A stretch of 26,213 nucleotides of DNA from Sulfurimonadaceae bacterium (lineage in GTDB: Bacteria > Campylobacterota > Campylobacteria > Campylobacterales > Sulfurimonadaceae): assembly GCA_041548245.1 (NCBI GenBank), contig JBFESZ010000022.1, positions 1 through 26,213 of the forward strand, in the 5' to 3' direction. Shown in pieces: positions 16,721 through 25,190 of the stretch. Numbering within the stretch: position 1 is the first letter of the stretch; each line of letters opens with the position of its first letter. The translations under genes and the position numbers were made by a program. A model generated the notes under the pieces. The model had not been told where the DNA came from. It did not search any database and saw only the letters and a list, made by a program, of their open reading frames with translations.

Positions 16721-18126
16721 GCAATTTCCTTGTTATCGTTTTTTGCCAATGCCAATGAGGAGAAAAGGACATTGGTATCAAACATCAGTACCAAGCGTTT
16801 TCCTTTATTGAGTTGCAAAATATTGGAAAAAAGACGTCCTTTCTCCTCTTCAGGTTTTATCTCGCTGTCTTTGATACCTCTAACATCATTCACTTTGTCC
16901 ACAACAAAACCGAGACGGTTGTCATTGACTTGCGTGATGATGATCTGTTGTTCAATATTCTCTTTTTCTTTGAGTCGTAAGATAGTATACAAAGAAGCAA
17001 TACTGATAACTTGACCACGGATATTGATAACACCTTTAATATGCTCAATGCTGTCTGCGACAGGCGTAATATCTGTCATATCAATGATTTCACTGACATC
17101 ATCGATATCAAAAGCATACTCTTCATCTGCCATTTGAAATATGACAACTTCCCTATGTGACTCTTCTGCTGCTTGCTTTTGGTTTTCATCTTTTTCTTGG
17201 TCTGATATCAGATGGCTTTGTTCGTTGACCAGTGTTCTTATTACATCCGTGTTGACAATACTTACCAACTCATTATTGAGATGTAATACACCATTTATCT
17301 TCTTGTCTTTGAAATTTTCAGGTAATCCTTCGATACGACTGATCTCAACATCTTGGATATCAACGATGTCATCGACAACAAGGCCAATATGACGTCCCAG
17401 ATGTTGTGAAACAATAATACGGTTCTTATCACTCTTCTTGACTTTAAAATCATAATAAATTCGTAAATCCGCTACAACCAATAGGTCTTGACGTAGTGAC
17501 ATCATCCCTAATATCTCTTTATTGCTCTCGGCGATTGCGGTAAAACTCTCTGGTAACGAGATAATCTCTCGGATCGAGTCTACTTCTAAGGCATACTTTT
17601 CCTCTCCCATGACAAAGAAAAGAAAACGTTGCAGATGGGATTGTTTCTCTTCACCTGAGCCACTCGAGCTGATTTCACGTACATCTTTTGAAACATATGA
17701 TGGCAGTCTTACATCTTCTATCAGACGTTCTACACTAATAATCTGAATGATATCATCTTGGTGCTTCAACAAGGCGATAATCACATCATCCGTATCCTCT
17801 ACATACTCTACAGCAGAGCTATCAACTTCAACCGAATTAATCACTTCAGAAACTAAAAGAGAAAAACGGTGTTTTTGAGTATTGATCGTCACCTGCCTTG
17901 CCTTAAATGCAGCAATATCTACAAGTGCTTGTTTCGGATCAAGCAGATAAGAAAAATCAAGAGCTGTGAGAATAGCACCTTCAATAGAACAGATACCGCG
18001 AATAGATTCAGGGGTCATTGCCATCGGAGTGATATCTTGAACACGTAAAATCTGTTCAACCTCATCCGTATTAATCCCATAAAAACATCCCTGCTCTTTT
18101 ATGATTAAAACTTCATTAATTTCCAT
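16717..18126 (-). CDS. cheW: Multi-domain CheW (three CheW domains)
   Basis: Three units: FYGINTDEVEQIL..IRGIC, YALEVDSIREII..ILGMMSLR, YAFDIDDVSEII..IKGVINIRG. Confidence 0.9.
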   Translation of the reverse strand: MEINEVLIIKEQGCFYGINTDEVEQILRVQDITPMAMTPESIRGICSIEGAILTALDFSYLLDPKQALVDIAAFKARQVTINTQKHRFSLLVSEVINSVEVDSSAVEYVEDTDDVIIALLKHQDDIIQIISVERLIEDVRLPSYVSKDVREISSSGSGEEKQSHLQRFLFFVMGEEKYALEVDSIREIISLPESFTAIAESNKEILGMMSLRQDLLVVADLRIYYDFKVKKSDKNRIIVSQHLGRHIGLVVDDIVDIQDVEISRIEGLPENFKDKKINGVLHLNNELVSIVNTDVIRTLVNEQSHLISDQEKDENQKQAAEESHREVVIFQMADEEYAFDIDDVSEIIDMTDITPVADSIEHIKGVINIRGQVISIASLYTILRLKEKENIEQQIIITQVNDNRLGFVVDKVNDVRGIKDSEIKPEEEKGRLFSNILQLNKGKRLVLMFDTNVLFSSLALAKNDNKEIA

Positions 18127-18183
18127 TAATTATCCTTCTACCCTAGCCCATAAAAAGAGCCAAAGGGCGCATTATACAGGTAA

Positions 18184-20064
18184 TCAGCCCTGTTGAAGTT
18201 CATCTGCCATCACAGCAAGTTCTTCGACACCTTCTCCGATATGAGATATGGTATCGATAATCAATTCACTCGCTTTGCGTGACTCTAAAGCATTTTTAGC
18301 CGATAGCTCAACTGCTTTTTGAATTTCGGTGATACCAATGAGAACAGAGTCCAGTCCCTCTAAGTTCTGATCATTGATCGCTTTAAGACCTGTATATCTG
18401 TCAAGAAGTTCGACAAGCATGTTAATGATTTTATCCATTTCCAACACCAATGAGTCAAGACGTGTTTTTTCACCGCCCTGACCATCAAGCAGACTGCTCC
18501 AGTCATCTTGGACCATGCTGATCTCTGCATTCATACCCTCAATCGTATCGTTAATCTTCTCAGTATTCGATTCGGAGTCTTTTGCCAATGATCTGATATC
18601 AGCCGATACGACGGCGAACCCTTTTCCGAACTCACCGGCACGGGCTGCTTCAATCGAACCACTGATAGCGAGCATATTCAACTGTATAATAGAGTTGGAG
18701 ATGTTACCTACCGTCTTATCGACATTTTTAGTCTCTTTAACAATCACTGCAAGCTCATCACTTGCACCCTTACCTTCTGAGATAGAATTAAGGACTTCCC
18801 CGTTGATTGAAATCATCGAGTTTTTCACTTCGGCAAAAGAAACTTTGAGCAAGTCAAAGTTTCGTCTGGCAATCTCTATCAACTTATCGATATCTTTGGC
18901 TGCGGCTATACCGCCTTCAATATTATCTTTATTCGAAAGTGCGGACTGGTTTGTCGCTTGAGAAGATGATTCGATCTCATTAAGGGCCTGTGTAACCTGC
19001 TCAAGTCCTGACTGAATCTCTTCCATATTGCCGCCGATTGTATCCGCTGTCGCTGCGATATCCTCAGCAGATTTGGCCGTATCCGTAGAAAATTTCAATT
19101 CTTCTGCCAGTGCACTTAAGTCTTTAATATCTCTTTCTGTCTGTGCAAGTGCATTCGACTGTAATTCAATTCCGTTAAGTGTCTGCTCAACAGACAATGC
19201 TGCACGGCTTGAAGCTTCTGCGATCTCAGCGGAACCCTCATTGACGGTCGCCGCATAATTCCCGAGCTTTTGTGTAAATACAGAAACTTGCCGAGCCGCT
19301 TCAACTGAGTAAACTGCAATCTTAGTCAGCTCTTCCATCTTCAGACTAAGTTCAGATGACGTGTCACCTGTTTTGCTAATCGTATTGGTCGTATTGATAA
19401 TGTTCTTGATAATAGTATCAATACTACCTTGTATCTTATTGACCAACTCAGAGATGAACTCCGCATTTTTCTCACTCTCTGCTGCCAATGCTCTTGTTTC
19501 ATCTGCTACAACTGCGAATCCTTTACCATGTTCTTTCGCACGACTTGCTTCAATAGCAGCATTAAGCGCAAGCAAGTTCGTCTGATCTGCAATCTTAGCA
19601 ATAAAACCGACCGCTTCACCAATATTTTGTGAAGAGACTTTCAACTCCTCACTCTTTTTAGAAGAAGACTCTGCAACACTTACTGCACCTGTCATACGTT
19701 CAACTGAACCGTTGATCATATTAACGGCATTAATGATGGTATCACCTGTGGCTAGAGTCGAGTTGATAACGGTATCAATATTACCTGTCATTCTATTGAT
19801 GTTATTATTAATACCCTTAACATTCTTCAGCGCCTGTTCACTCGCACCACTATTCTCTTCTGCCGCTGTTGCTATCTGCTCCATTGAAGACTTTAGCTGT
19901 TCGATAGCTGACACTGACTCTTGAGCATTGTCTAAAATATTTGAAGCAATCCCTGAGATACTTTCTGAGATCTGTTGTTGCTTGGCCAAAGTTCGTTGGC
20001 GTCTCTTGTCTCCTCCACTTGCTGGGGCAACACTACTTGATGAACTGCTTTTTACTAATGCCAT
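18184..20064 (-). CDS. Cytoplasmic MCP with two signalling domains (DosM-like)
   Basis: Two hairpin-tip motifs (QTNLLALNAAIEASRAKEHGKGFAVVADETRALA and QLNMLAISGSIEAARAGEFGKGFAVVSADIRSLA); no TM or sensor domain seen; GAGGAG RBS. Confidence 0.92.
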   Translation of the reverse strand: MALVKSSSSSSVAPASGGDKRRQRTLAKQQQISESISGIASNILDNAQESVSAIEQLKSSMEQIATAAEENSGASEQALKNVKGINNNINRMTGNIDTVINSTLATGDTIINAVNMINGSVERMTGAVSVAESSSKKSEELKVSSQNIGEAVGFIAKIADQTNLLALNAAIEASRAKEHGKGFAVVADETRALAAESEKNAEFISELVNKIQGSIDTIIKNIINTTNTISKTGDTSSELSLKMEELTKIAVYSVEAARQVSVFTQKLGNYAATVNEGSAEIAEASSRAALSVEQTLNGIELQSNALAQTERDIKDLSALAEELKFSTDTAKSAEDIAATADTIGGNMEEIQSGLEQVTQALNEIESSSQATNQSALSNKDNIEGGIAAAKDIDKLIEIARRNFDLLKVSFAEVKNSMISINGEVLNSISEGKGASDELAVIVKETKNVDKTVGNISNSIIQLNMLAISGSIEAARAGEFGKGFAVVSADIRSLAKDSESNTEKINDTIEGMNAEISMVQDDWSSLLDGQGGEKTRLDSLVLEMDKIINMLVELLDRYTGLKAINDQNLEGLDSVLIGITEIQKAVELSAKNALESRKASELIIDTISHIGEGVEELAVMADELQQG

Positions 20065-20089
20065 AGATTATCTCCTCACTTTTCTCAGT

Positions 20090-20518
20090 TTAGTCTAAAG
20101 TAGCATAAAGCTCTTCAGCTTTCTTAATATCTTCACGCGATGGTTTAACACGAATAGATACGTATTTAGTATTGCCATTTTTATCGACAGAACGAAGCAC
20201 TGTGGCATAAACCCAATAATATCCCCCGCCTTTGCGAGCATTCTTTACATACCCCGTCCAGAACCCTTTAGATTGAACATCATCCCACAATGATTTAAAC
20301 GCAGCACGCGGCATTTCAGGATGACGTACGCAGTTATGTGGCTGTCCATACAATTCAGTCTCGTCCATATTTGCGATCTGCATAAATGAGTCTGATGCGT
20401 AAGTGATGATCCCCTTCTCATCTGTTTCAGACAAGAGGTATAAAGAGCTGTATAAAACCTCACCATCATCTAGAAAGGTCAACCCCTCAGTATCCAAAAC
20501 ATTTTTCTTTTTTGCCAT
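20090..20518 (-). CDS. Stand-alone PAS protein of Aer/CetB type (probably FAD-binding)
   Basis: SETDEKGIITYAS..F...ELYGQPHNCVRHPEMP..AF..LW......W.G.VKN..K.G.YYWV; AGGAG RBS. Confidence 0.9.
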   Translation of the reverse strand: MAKKKNVLDTEGLTFLDDGEVLYSSLYLLSETDEKGIITYASDSFMQIANMDETELYGQPHNCVRHPEMPRAAFKSLWDDVQSKGFWTGYVKNARKGGGYYWVYATVLRSVDKNGNTKYVSIRVKPSREDIKKAEELYATLD

Positions 20519-20848
20519 GTCTTTCTCCTGAATTTCCGTATTTCTTAGGTTAGCATAACGCTAGAATGCTGAAATCTAATTGAAACCAACAATCGAATAT
20601 TTTTTTTAATTATATTTAATGTTAATTTATTGTTTTTCAGATTAAAACCGTCTGTATCGACAGCATACACGAGAAAAGACTTGATTTCGACAGAAATACC
20701 ACCATCGCATATGAAAATAAAAAAAAGACTATCAAAAAGTAACAACTCAAAAGTCGTTAATGTTAAGCAAGTAAAAACAAACAGGTTGATAAATTAAAAA
20801 AAGCTGTGTACTGAGATAATGTATGTAGAAAAATCAAGGATTGATAAT

Positions 20849-20866
20849 GAGAGCCAAAAGGCCCTC
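20849..20866 (-). terminator. Hairpin downstream of rpsO
   Basis: Minus strand GAGGGCC-TTTT-GGCTCTC (one G-U pair), 17 nt after the rpsO stop; no clear U-tract. Confidence 0.45.
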
Positions 20867-20883
20867 TTAGACTAGTGTTAAAA

Positions 20884-21159
20884 CTAGATGTTGTCGCGGA
20901 TGTTTAGTTTTGCAATTAATGCATAATAGCCATCTTTGTTTTTGCGTTTGAAATAACGCATCAAACGACGACGTTGACCAACAAGTTTTAGAAGACCAAG
21001 ACGTGATGCATGATCTTTTTTAAATGTCTTAAGGTGCTCAGTAAGTTCTGCAATACGCGCGCTCAATAGCGCAATTTGAACCTCTGATGAACCAGTATCA
21101 CCCTCTTTGCGACCAAATTCTTTTATAATCGCTTCTGTTTTCGCCGAATCTAAAGCCAT
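20884..21159 (-). CDS. rpsO: 30S ribosomal protein S15
   Basis: [37 protein letters not shown]. Start reassigned to ATG 21159 (MALDSAK) behind GGAGG. Confidence 0.98.
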   Translation of the reverse strand: MALDSAKTEAIIKEFGRKEGDTGSSEVQIALLSARIAELTEHLKTFKKDHASRLGLLKLVGQRRRLMRYFKRKNKDGYYALIAKLNIRDNI

Positions 21160-21211
21160 AATTGACCTCCCTGATTGGTATATTAAATTTCCCAAGAATT
21201 TGAGATTTGAA

Positions 21212-21217
21212 AGTATA
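21212..21217 (-). promoter_or_regulatory. Putative -10 box of rpsO
   Basis: TATACT on the minus strand ~50 nt upstream of the start, in an AT-rich divergent spacer. Confidence 0.4.
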
Positions 21218-21312
21218 GCCAAAATTTATTAGATACAGTTGAAATCCTTTTATGCCTAATGCCATGATTTTAAAAACAAAGAGGACAAAATCTATCTTTT
21301 ATCTATTTTATG

Positions 21313-21318
21313 TATAAT
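21313..21318 (+). promoter_or_regulatory. Putative -10 box of the Rrf2-flhA operon
   Basis: TATAAT 36 nt upstream of ATG 21355. Confidence 0.5.
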
Positions 21319-21354
21319 ACACCCAATATATATAGTAAAGAAGGACTGACCTCT

Positions 21355-21759
21355 ATGCTGATGACACGAGCAAGCGAATATGCATTATTATCTCTAGTGA
21401 CCCTAGCTACGGCTACCGATCCTATGGATACCGAAACATTAGCACATGAGCTTGGGATTTCTAAAAGCTTTCTTGCCAAGATCCTACAAAGTTTGGCACG
21501 CCAGGGAATCTTAAAATCTTACAAGGGCGTAAAAGGCGGTTTTGTCCTCATACAGCCTAAAGAAGAAATCTCTATCTTGAGCGTCATGCAAGCGGCAGAA
21601 GGAAAAGGACCAACCGTATTTGACTGTTCTCCGGGGATTGGAAACTGTCCTGCTGAAAAAGAGGAAAGTTGTCATATCTGGCCCTTTATCAGTAACCTTC
21701 AAGGGCGTATAGACGACTTTCTTGCGAGTATCACACTTGCTGATATTCTTAAAAAATAG
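21355..21759 (+). CDS. Rrf2-family transcriptional regulator with three Cys (Cx6Cx7C)
   Basis: MLMTRASEYAL, HTH ISKSFLAKILQSL, SYKGVKGGF, CSPGIGNCPAEKEESC. Start moved to ATG 21355 behind AAGGA. Confidence 0.92.
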   Translation: MLMTRASEYALLSLVTLATATDPMDTETLAHELGISKSFLAKILQSLARQGILKSYKGVKGGFVLIQPKEEISILSVMQAAEGKGPTVFDCSPGIGNCPAEKEESCHIWPFISNLQGRIDDFLASITLADILKK

Positions 21760-21772
21760 GACCTTCTAGACA

Positions 21773-23968
21773 ATGGCTAAAAAGAAAGTAGCACTTTTGG
21801 GACAGCTGACTCCCGTCTTGGAGTTTATCGTTCGTTCACGCGATCTGAGTATCGTCTTTTTTGTCATGGCTATTCTTGCTATCATCATCGTCCCACTTCC
21901 AAGCGGTCTGCTGGATCTTATGCTCACTGTCTCTATCTCTGTCGCTGTCTTAATCATCCTGATCTCTTTGTACATACAAAAGCCCACAGATTTAACGACC
22001 TTTCCAACGCTGATCCTTATCATCACTCTTTTCAGGCTATCGCTCAATGTCGCAACAACAAGAATGATTTTGAGTCACTGTCATGAAGGTCCTGAAGAAG
22101 TCAGTGATATTATTTCCAGTTTTGGAGACTTTGTTGTCGGTGGTAATTACGTCATCGGTATCATCGTATTTTCAATACTGGTATTGATTAACTTTATGGT
22201 CATTACCAAAGGTTCTACAAGGGTTGCCGAAGTTGCCGCTCGTTTTACACTCGATGCGATGCCCGGTAAACAAATGGCTATCGATGCCGACCTGAATGCA
22301 GGCCTCATCGAAGAAAGCGAAGCCAAAAGACGCCGTGCCGAAATCTTGCAAGACGCGAACTTCTACGGGGCAATGGACGGTTCGGCAAAGTTTGTCAAAG
22401 GTGATGCGATTGCCGGTATTATTATCACTATCATTAATATTATTGGCGGATTCTTGATCGGTGTTTTTCAGCATGATATGAGCGTAGGCGATTCAGCCTC
22501 TATTTTTACTATCTTGACCATTGGTGATGGATTAGTATCTCAAGTTCCGGCTCTTATCATTTCGACAGCTACAGGTATTATGATCACAAGAGCTTCTAGC
22601 GATCAAAGTAATTTTGCTGAGGGAACCATCAATCAACTCATGGGAAATGCCAAAACACTTCTCATTGTTGGTTCTATCATGATCCTCTTTGCTCTGGTCC
22701 CTGGTCTTCCAACAATCTCTATGGGCTTTGTCGGACTTATTTTCCTGGCTATGGGCTATCTTCTTCTGCAACATGAACGTGGTGAACTTCGACTGTTTCA
22801 AGAAAAGCCGATGCAAAAAACAAAAGATGGTTCAACCCTCTCAGGTGCTAATACTCCGACTCCAGAAGGCCAGCGTGCTCAAGTTCCGCAAAAAAGTCAT
22901 GAAGAGATCGCCAAAGAAGAAGAAGCTGCACTGGAAGACATTTTAAAGATCGAGATGCTCGAATTGACGCTTGGATATCAGCTTATCCGTCTTGCCGATG
23001 CCGGCCAAGGTGGTGACCTTCTTGAGCGTATTCGGTCGATGCGACGCAAGATTGCAACGGACCTCGGTTTTTTAATGCCTCAGGTACGTATACGTGATAA
23101 TCTGCATCTTGATCCTAGTCACTACCAGATCCTTTTAAAAGGTGTAGAGATCGGTCACGGCTCCATTCAACCCGATAAGTTTTTAGCTATGGACAGCGGA
23201 ATGGCGACAGAGGAGATTGAAGGTGAGAGGACAAAAGAACCTGCTTTTGGTCTTGACGCAATCTGGATAAAACCTGAACTTAAAGAAGATGCTATTATGA
23301 ACGGCTATACCGTAGTTGATCCGGCAACGGTCATTTCGACACATATGAGTGAACTTGTCAAGTCACATGCCGAGGAACTACTGACCCGTCAGGAGACGCA
23401 AACATTGATTGACAAGCTCAAAAACGACTATCCAGTCGTCGTCGATGATGTCATAAAGGTCGCTTCAGTCGGTCTAATTCAGCGTATCTTAAAAGCACTC
23501 CTGCATGAAAGGATTCCGCTTAAAGACATGCTTTCTATTCTGGAGGGAATTGCCGATATTGCAGAATATACAAAAAACGTTGATGTCATTGTCGAACAGG
23601 TACGCTCTAAACTTTCGCGTGTAATTACTTCTTTATATAAGGACGGCCAAGGAGTCATCAGACTGTTGACCTTCGATACAGCAACAGAACAGAAGATACT
23701 TGAAAAATCGAGTGAACAAGATGGTGTGCGAAACCTTATGCTTAATGTCGGAGAGATCAATGCCCTTATTCAAGGTATCAGCGATAAAGCCAGTGCCTTG
23801 TTGCAACAAGGTGTTTCTCCGGTCATTCTTATTGTCGATCCTCAGCTAAGAAAACCTCTTGCGGATATCTTTGAACGTTTCAATCTTGAAGTGGTAGTCC
23901 TCTCACACGCCGAGATCGACAGTAATGCAAAATTTGAAGTCATGGGCAGCATATCAATAAACTTATAA
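21773..23968 (+). CDS. flhA: Flagellar export apparatus protein FlhA
   Basis: FPTLIL..TLFRLSLNVATTR, RVAEVAARFTLDAMPGKQMAIDADL, FYGAMDGSAKFVKGDAIAG, VRIRDN, EPAFGL. Confidence 0.98.
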   Translation: MAKKKVALLGQLTPVLEFIVRSRDLSIVFFVMAILAIIIVPLPSGLLDLMLTVSISVAVLIILISLYIQKPTDLTTFPTLILIITLFRLSLNVATTRMILSHCHEGPEEVSDIISSFGDFVVGGNYVIGIIVFSILVLINFMVITKGSTRVAEVAARFTLDAMPGKQMAIDADLNAGLIEESEAKRRRAEILQDANFYGAMDGSAKFVKGDAIAGIIITIINIIGGFLIGVFQHDMSVGDSASIFTILTIGDGLVSQVPALIISTATGIMITRASSDQSNFAEGTINQLMGNAKTLLIVGSIMILFALVPGLPTISMGFVGLIFLAMGYLLLQHERGELRLFQEKPMQKTKDGSTLSGANTPTPEGQRAQVPQKSHEEIAKEEEAALEDILKIEMLELTLGYQLIRLADAGQGGDLLERIRSMRRKIATDLGFLMPQVRIRDNLHLDPSHYQILLKGVEIGHGSIQPDKFLAMDSGMATEEIEGERTKEPAFGLDAIWIKPELKEDAIMNGYTVVDPATVISTHMSELVKSHAEELLTRQETQTLIDKLKNDYPVVVDDVIKVASVGLIQRILKALLHERIPLKDMLSILEGIADIAEYTKNVDVIVEQVRSKLSRVITSLYKDGQGVIRLLTFDTATEQKILEKSSEQDGVRNLMLNVGEINALIQGISDKASALLQQGVSPVILIVDPQLRKPLADIFERFNLEVVVLSHAEIDSNAKFEVMGSISINL

Positions 23969-23991
23969 AAGCGACAACACAAAGGTAACAC

Positions 23992-25080
23992 ATGTCAAAA
24001 CTCAACAATACAATCTATCATCTTTCACATATCGACTTAGATGGATACAGCTGTCAACTCGTCATGAAAGAAGCTTATAATAAAATCATCTTCTTTAATG
24101 CCAATTATGGTGCTGAAGTGGGTGAAAGACTGGGTGAGATCCTCGAGGAAATCAAAACAAAAAAAGAAAACGCCTCGATCTTGATCACTGACTTAAACCT
24201 TACCGTAGATGAATCCAAATGGCTAAGCAAAGAGATAGAAAATCTGCGCGATTATGAAAAAATCAACGTCCAACTTCAACTCTTAGATCACCATGGAAGT
24301 GGACAGGACTCTGCCAATAAATTTGAGTGGTACTTTCTTGATACTTCCCGTTCAGCAACGCAAATAACCTATGACTACGTCCTAGAGCACTATAGACTCA
24401 ATGATGAAACAAAAGCGTGGCTAAGCCCTTATGTCGATGTTGTCGATGCTGTTGACTTATGGCATCAGGAAAAACATGAAGCCTTCGAGTACGGGAAAGT
24501 CTGCATGCGTCTTATTTCAGAAACACGTGAACTCAACCGTGTGATGTTCGCTCAAGAAGACAGAGCTTACAAACATGCCCTCCTCTTCGAAGCGGCACAG
24601 ATACTCCCTTTGGATAATTCAAATATCCTGTTAGATGATACGATCCACACGCTCAAGAAGAACTACTTTAGAAAAGGGCATGATGATACCCTTGATAATC
24701 TTGGTACCGCTTATATCGTAGAACTATTAGGGCAACAAAAAGTAGATAAAACGATCTATTACAAAGGGTATAAAGGTTTTCTTTCCTATGCACTTGGAAA
24801 CACTTCCATTATCGGAAATGCCTTTTTAACGACTTTTGATGAGTATGACTTCATTGTGGATGTAGGGCCAAGAGGAACAATGAGTCTGCGGGCTAATAAT
24901 AAAGTAGATGTCTCTTTGATCGCCAAAGAATGGGCTGGGGGCGGTGGGCATCCCAATGCCTCAGGTGGACGTATTAATGGTTTCAAGGAGCAGTTCAGAT
25001 ACGACAAGGTAAAGAAACAGATCCAAAATATTATCGATGAGAATGAGTCCAGAGCAGGTACGCTTAAACCAAAGTCTTGA
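23992..25080 (+). CDS. DHH-family phosphoesterase (NrnB/nanoRNase-like)
   Basis: SHIDLDG, ITDL, LLDHH, C-terminal GGGGHPNASG (DHHA1). Confidence 0.9.
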   Translation: MSKLNNTIYHLSHIDLDGYSCQLVMKEAYNKIIFFNANYGAEVGERLGEILEEIKTKKENASILITDLNLTVDESKWLSKEIENLRDYEKINVQLQLLDHHGSGQDSANKFEWYFLDTSRSATQITYDYVLEHYRLNDETKAWLSPYVDVVDAVDLWHQEKHEAFEYGKVCMRLISETRELNRVMFAQEDRAYKHALLFEAAQILPLDNSNILLDDTIHTLKKNYFRKGHDDTLDNLGTAYIVELLGQQKVDKTIYYKGYKGFLSYALGNTSIIGNAFLTTFDEYDFIVDVGPRGTMSLRANNKVDVSLIAKEWAGGGGHPNASGGRINGFKEQFRYDKVKKQIQNIIDENESRAGTLKPKS

Positions 25081-25190
25081 TTGTTTAATACACAGTATTC
25101 CAACGTATCTGTATATTAAAAAAGATCTCTCTTTTTAAACCGGCTCTGTTTTATCATAAACACTTAAGTCGCAATACGTATGATGTCAGT

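Noticed and set aside
18146-18170. AGAGCCAAA-GG word between the MCP and cheW, similar to the hairpin after rpsO
   Set aside because: Short match with no convincing stem; compatible with chance.
6685-20518. Che cluster as a mobile genomic island
   Set aside because: No integrase, transposase, tRNA or flanking direct repeats seen, and base composition looks similar to the core genes.
20590-20690. Possible sigma28 promoter or c-di-GMP riboswitch ahead of the che cluster
   Set aside because: CGAT-containing -10-like words exist but spacing to TAAA/TCAAG is off by several bases; no GEMM motif recognised.
20545-20745. 66-aa minus-strand ORF upstream of the PAS gene
   Set aside because: Non-ATG start, no clear RBS, low-complexity AT-rich sequence; more likely promoter DNA.
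25119-25136. AAAAAGA-tctc-TCTTTTT inverted repeat after the DHH gene as a terminator
   Set aside because: Stem is almost entirely A-T and too weak to call.
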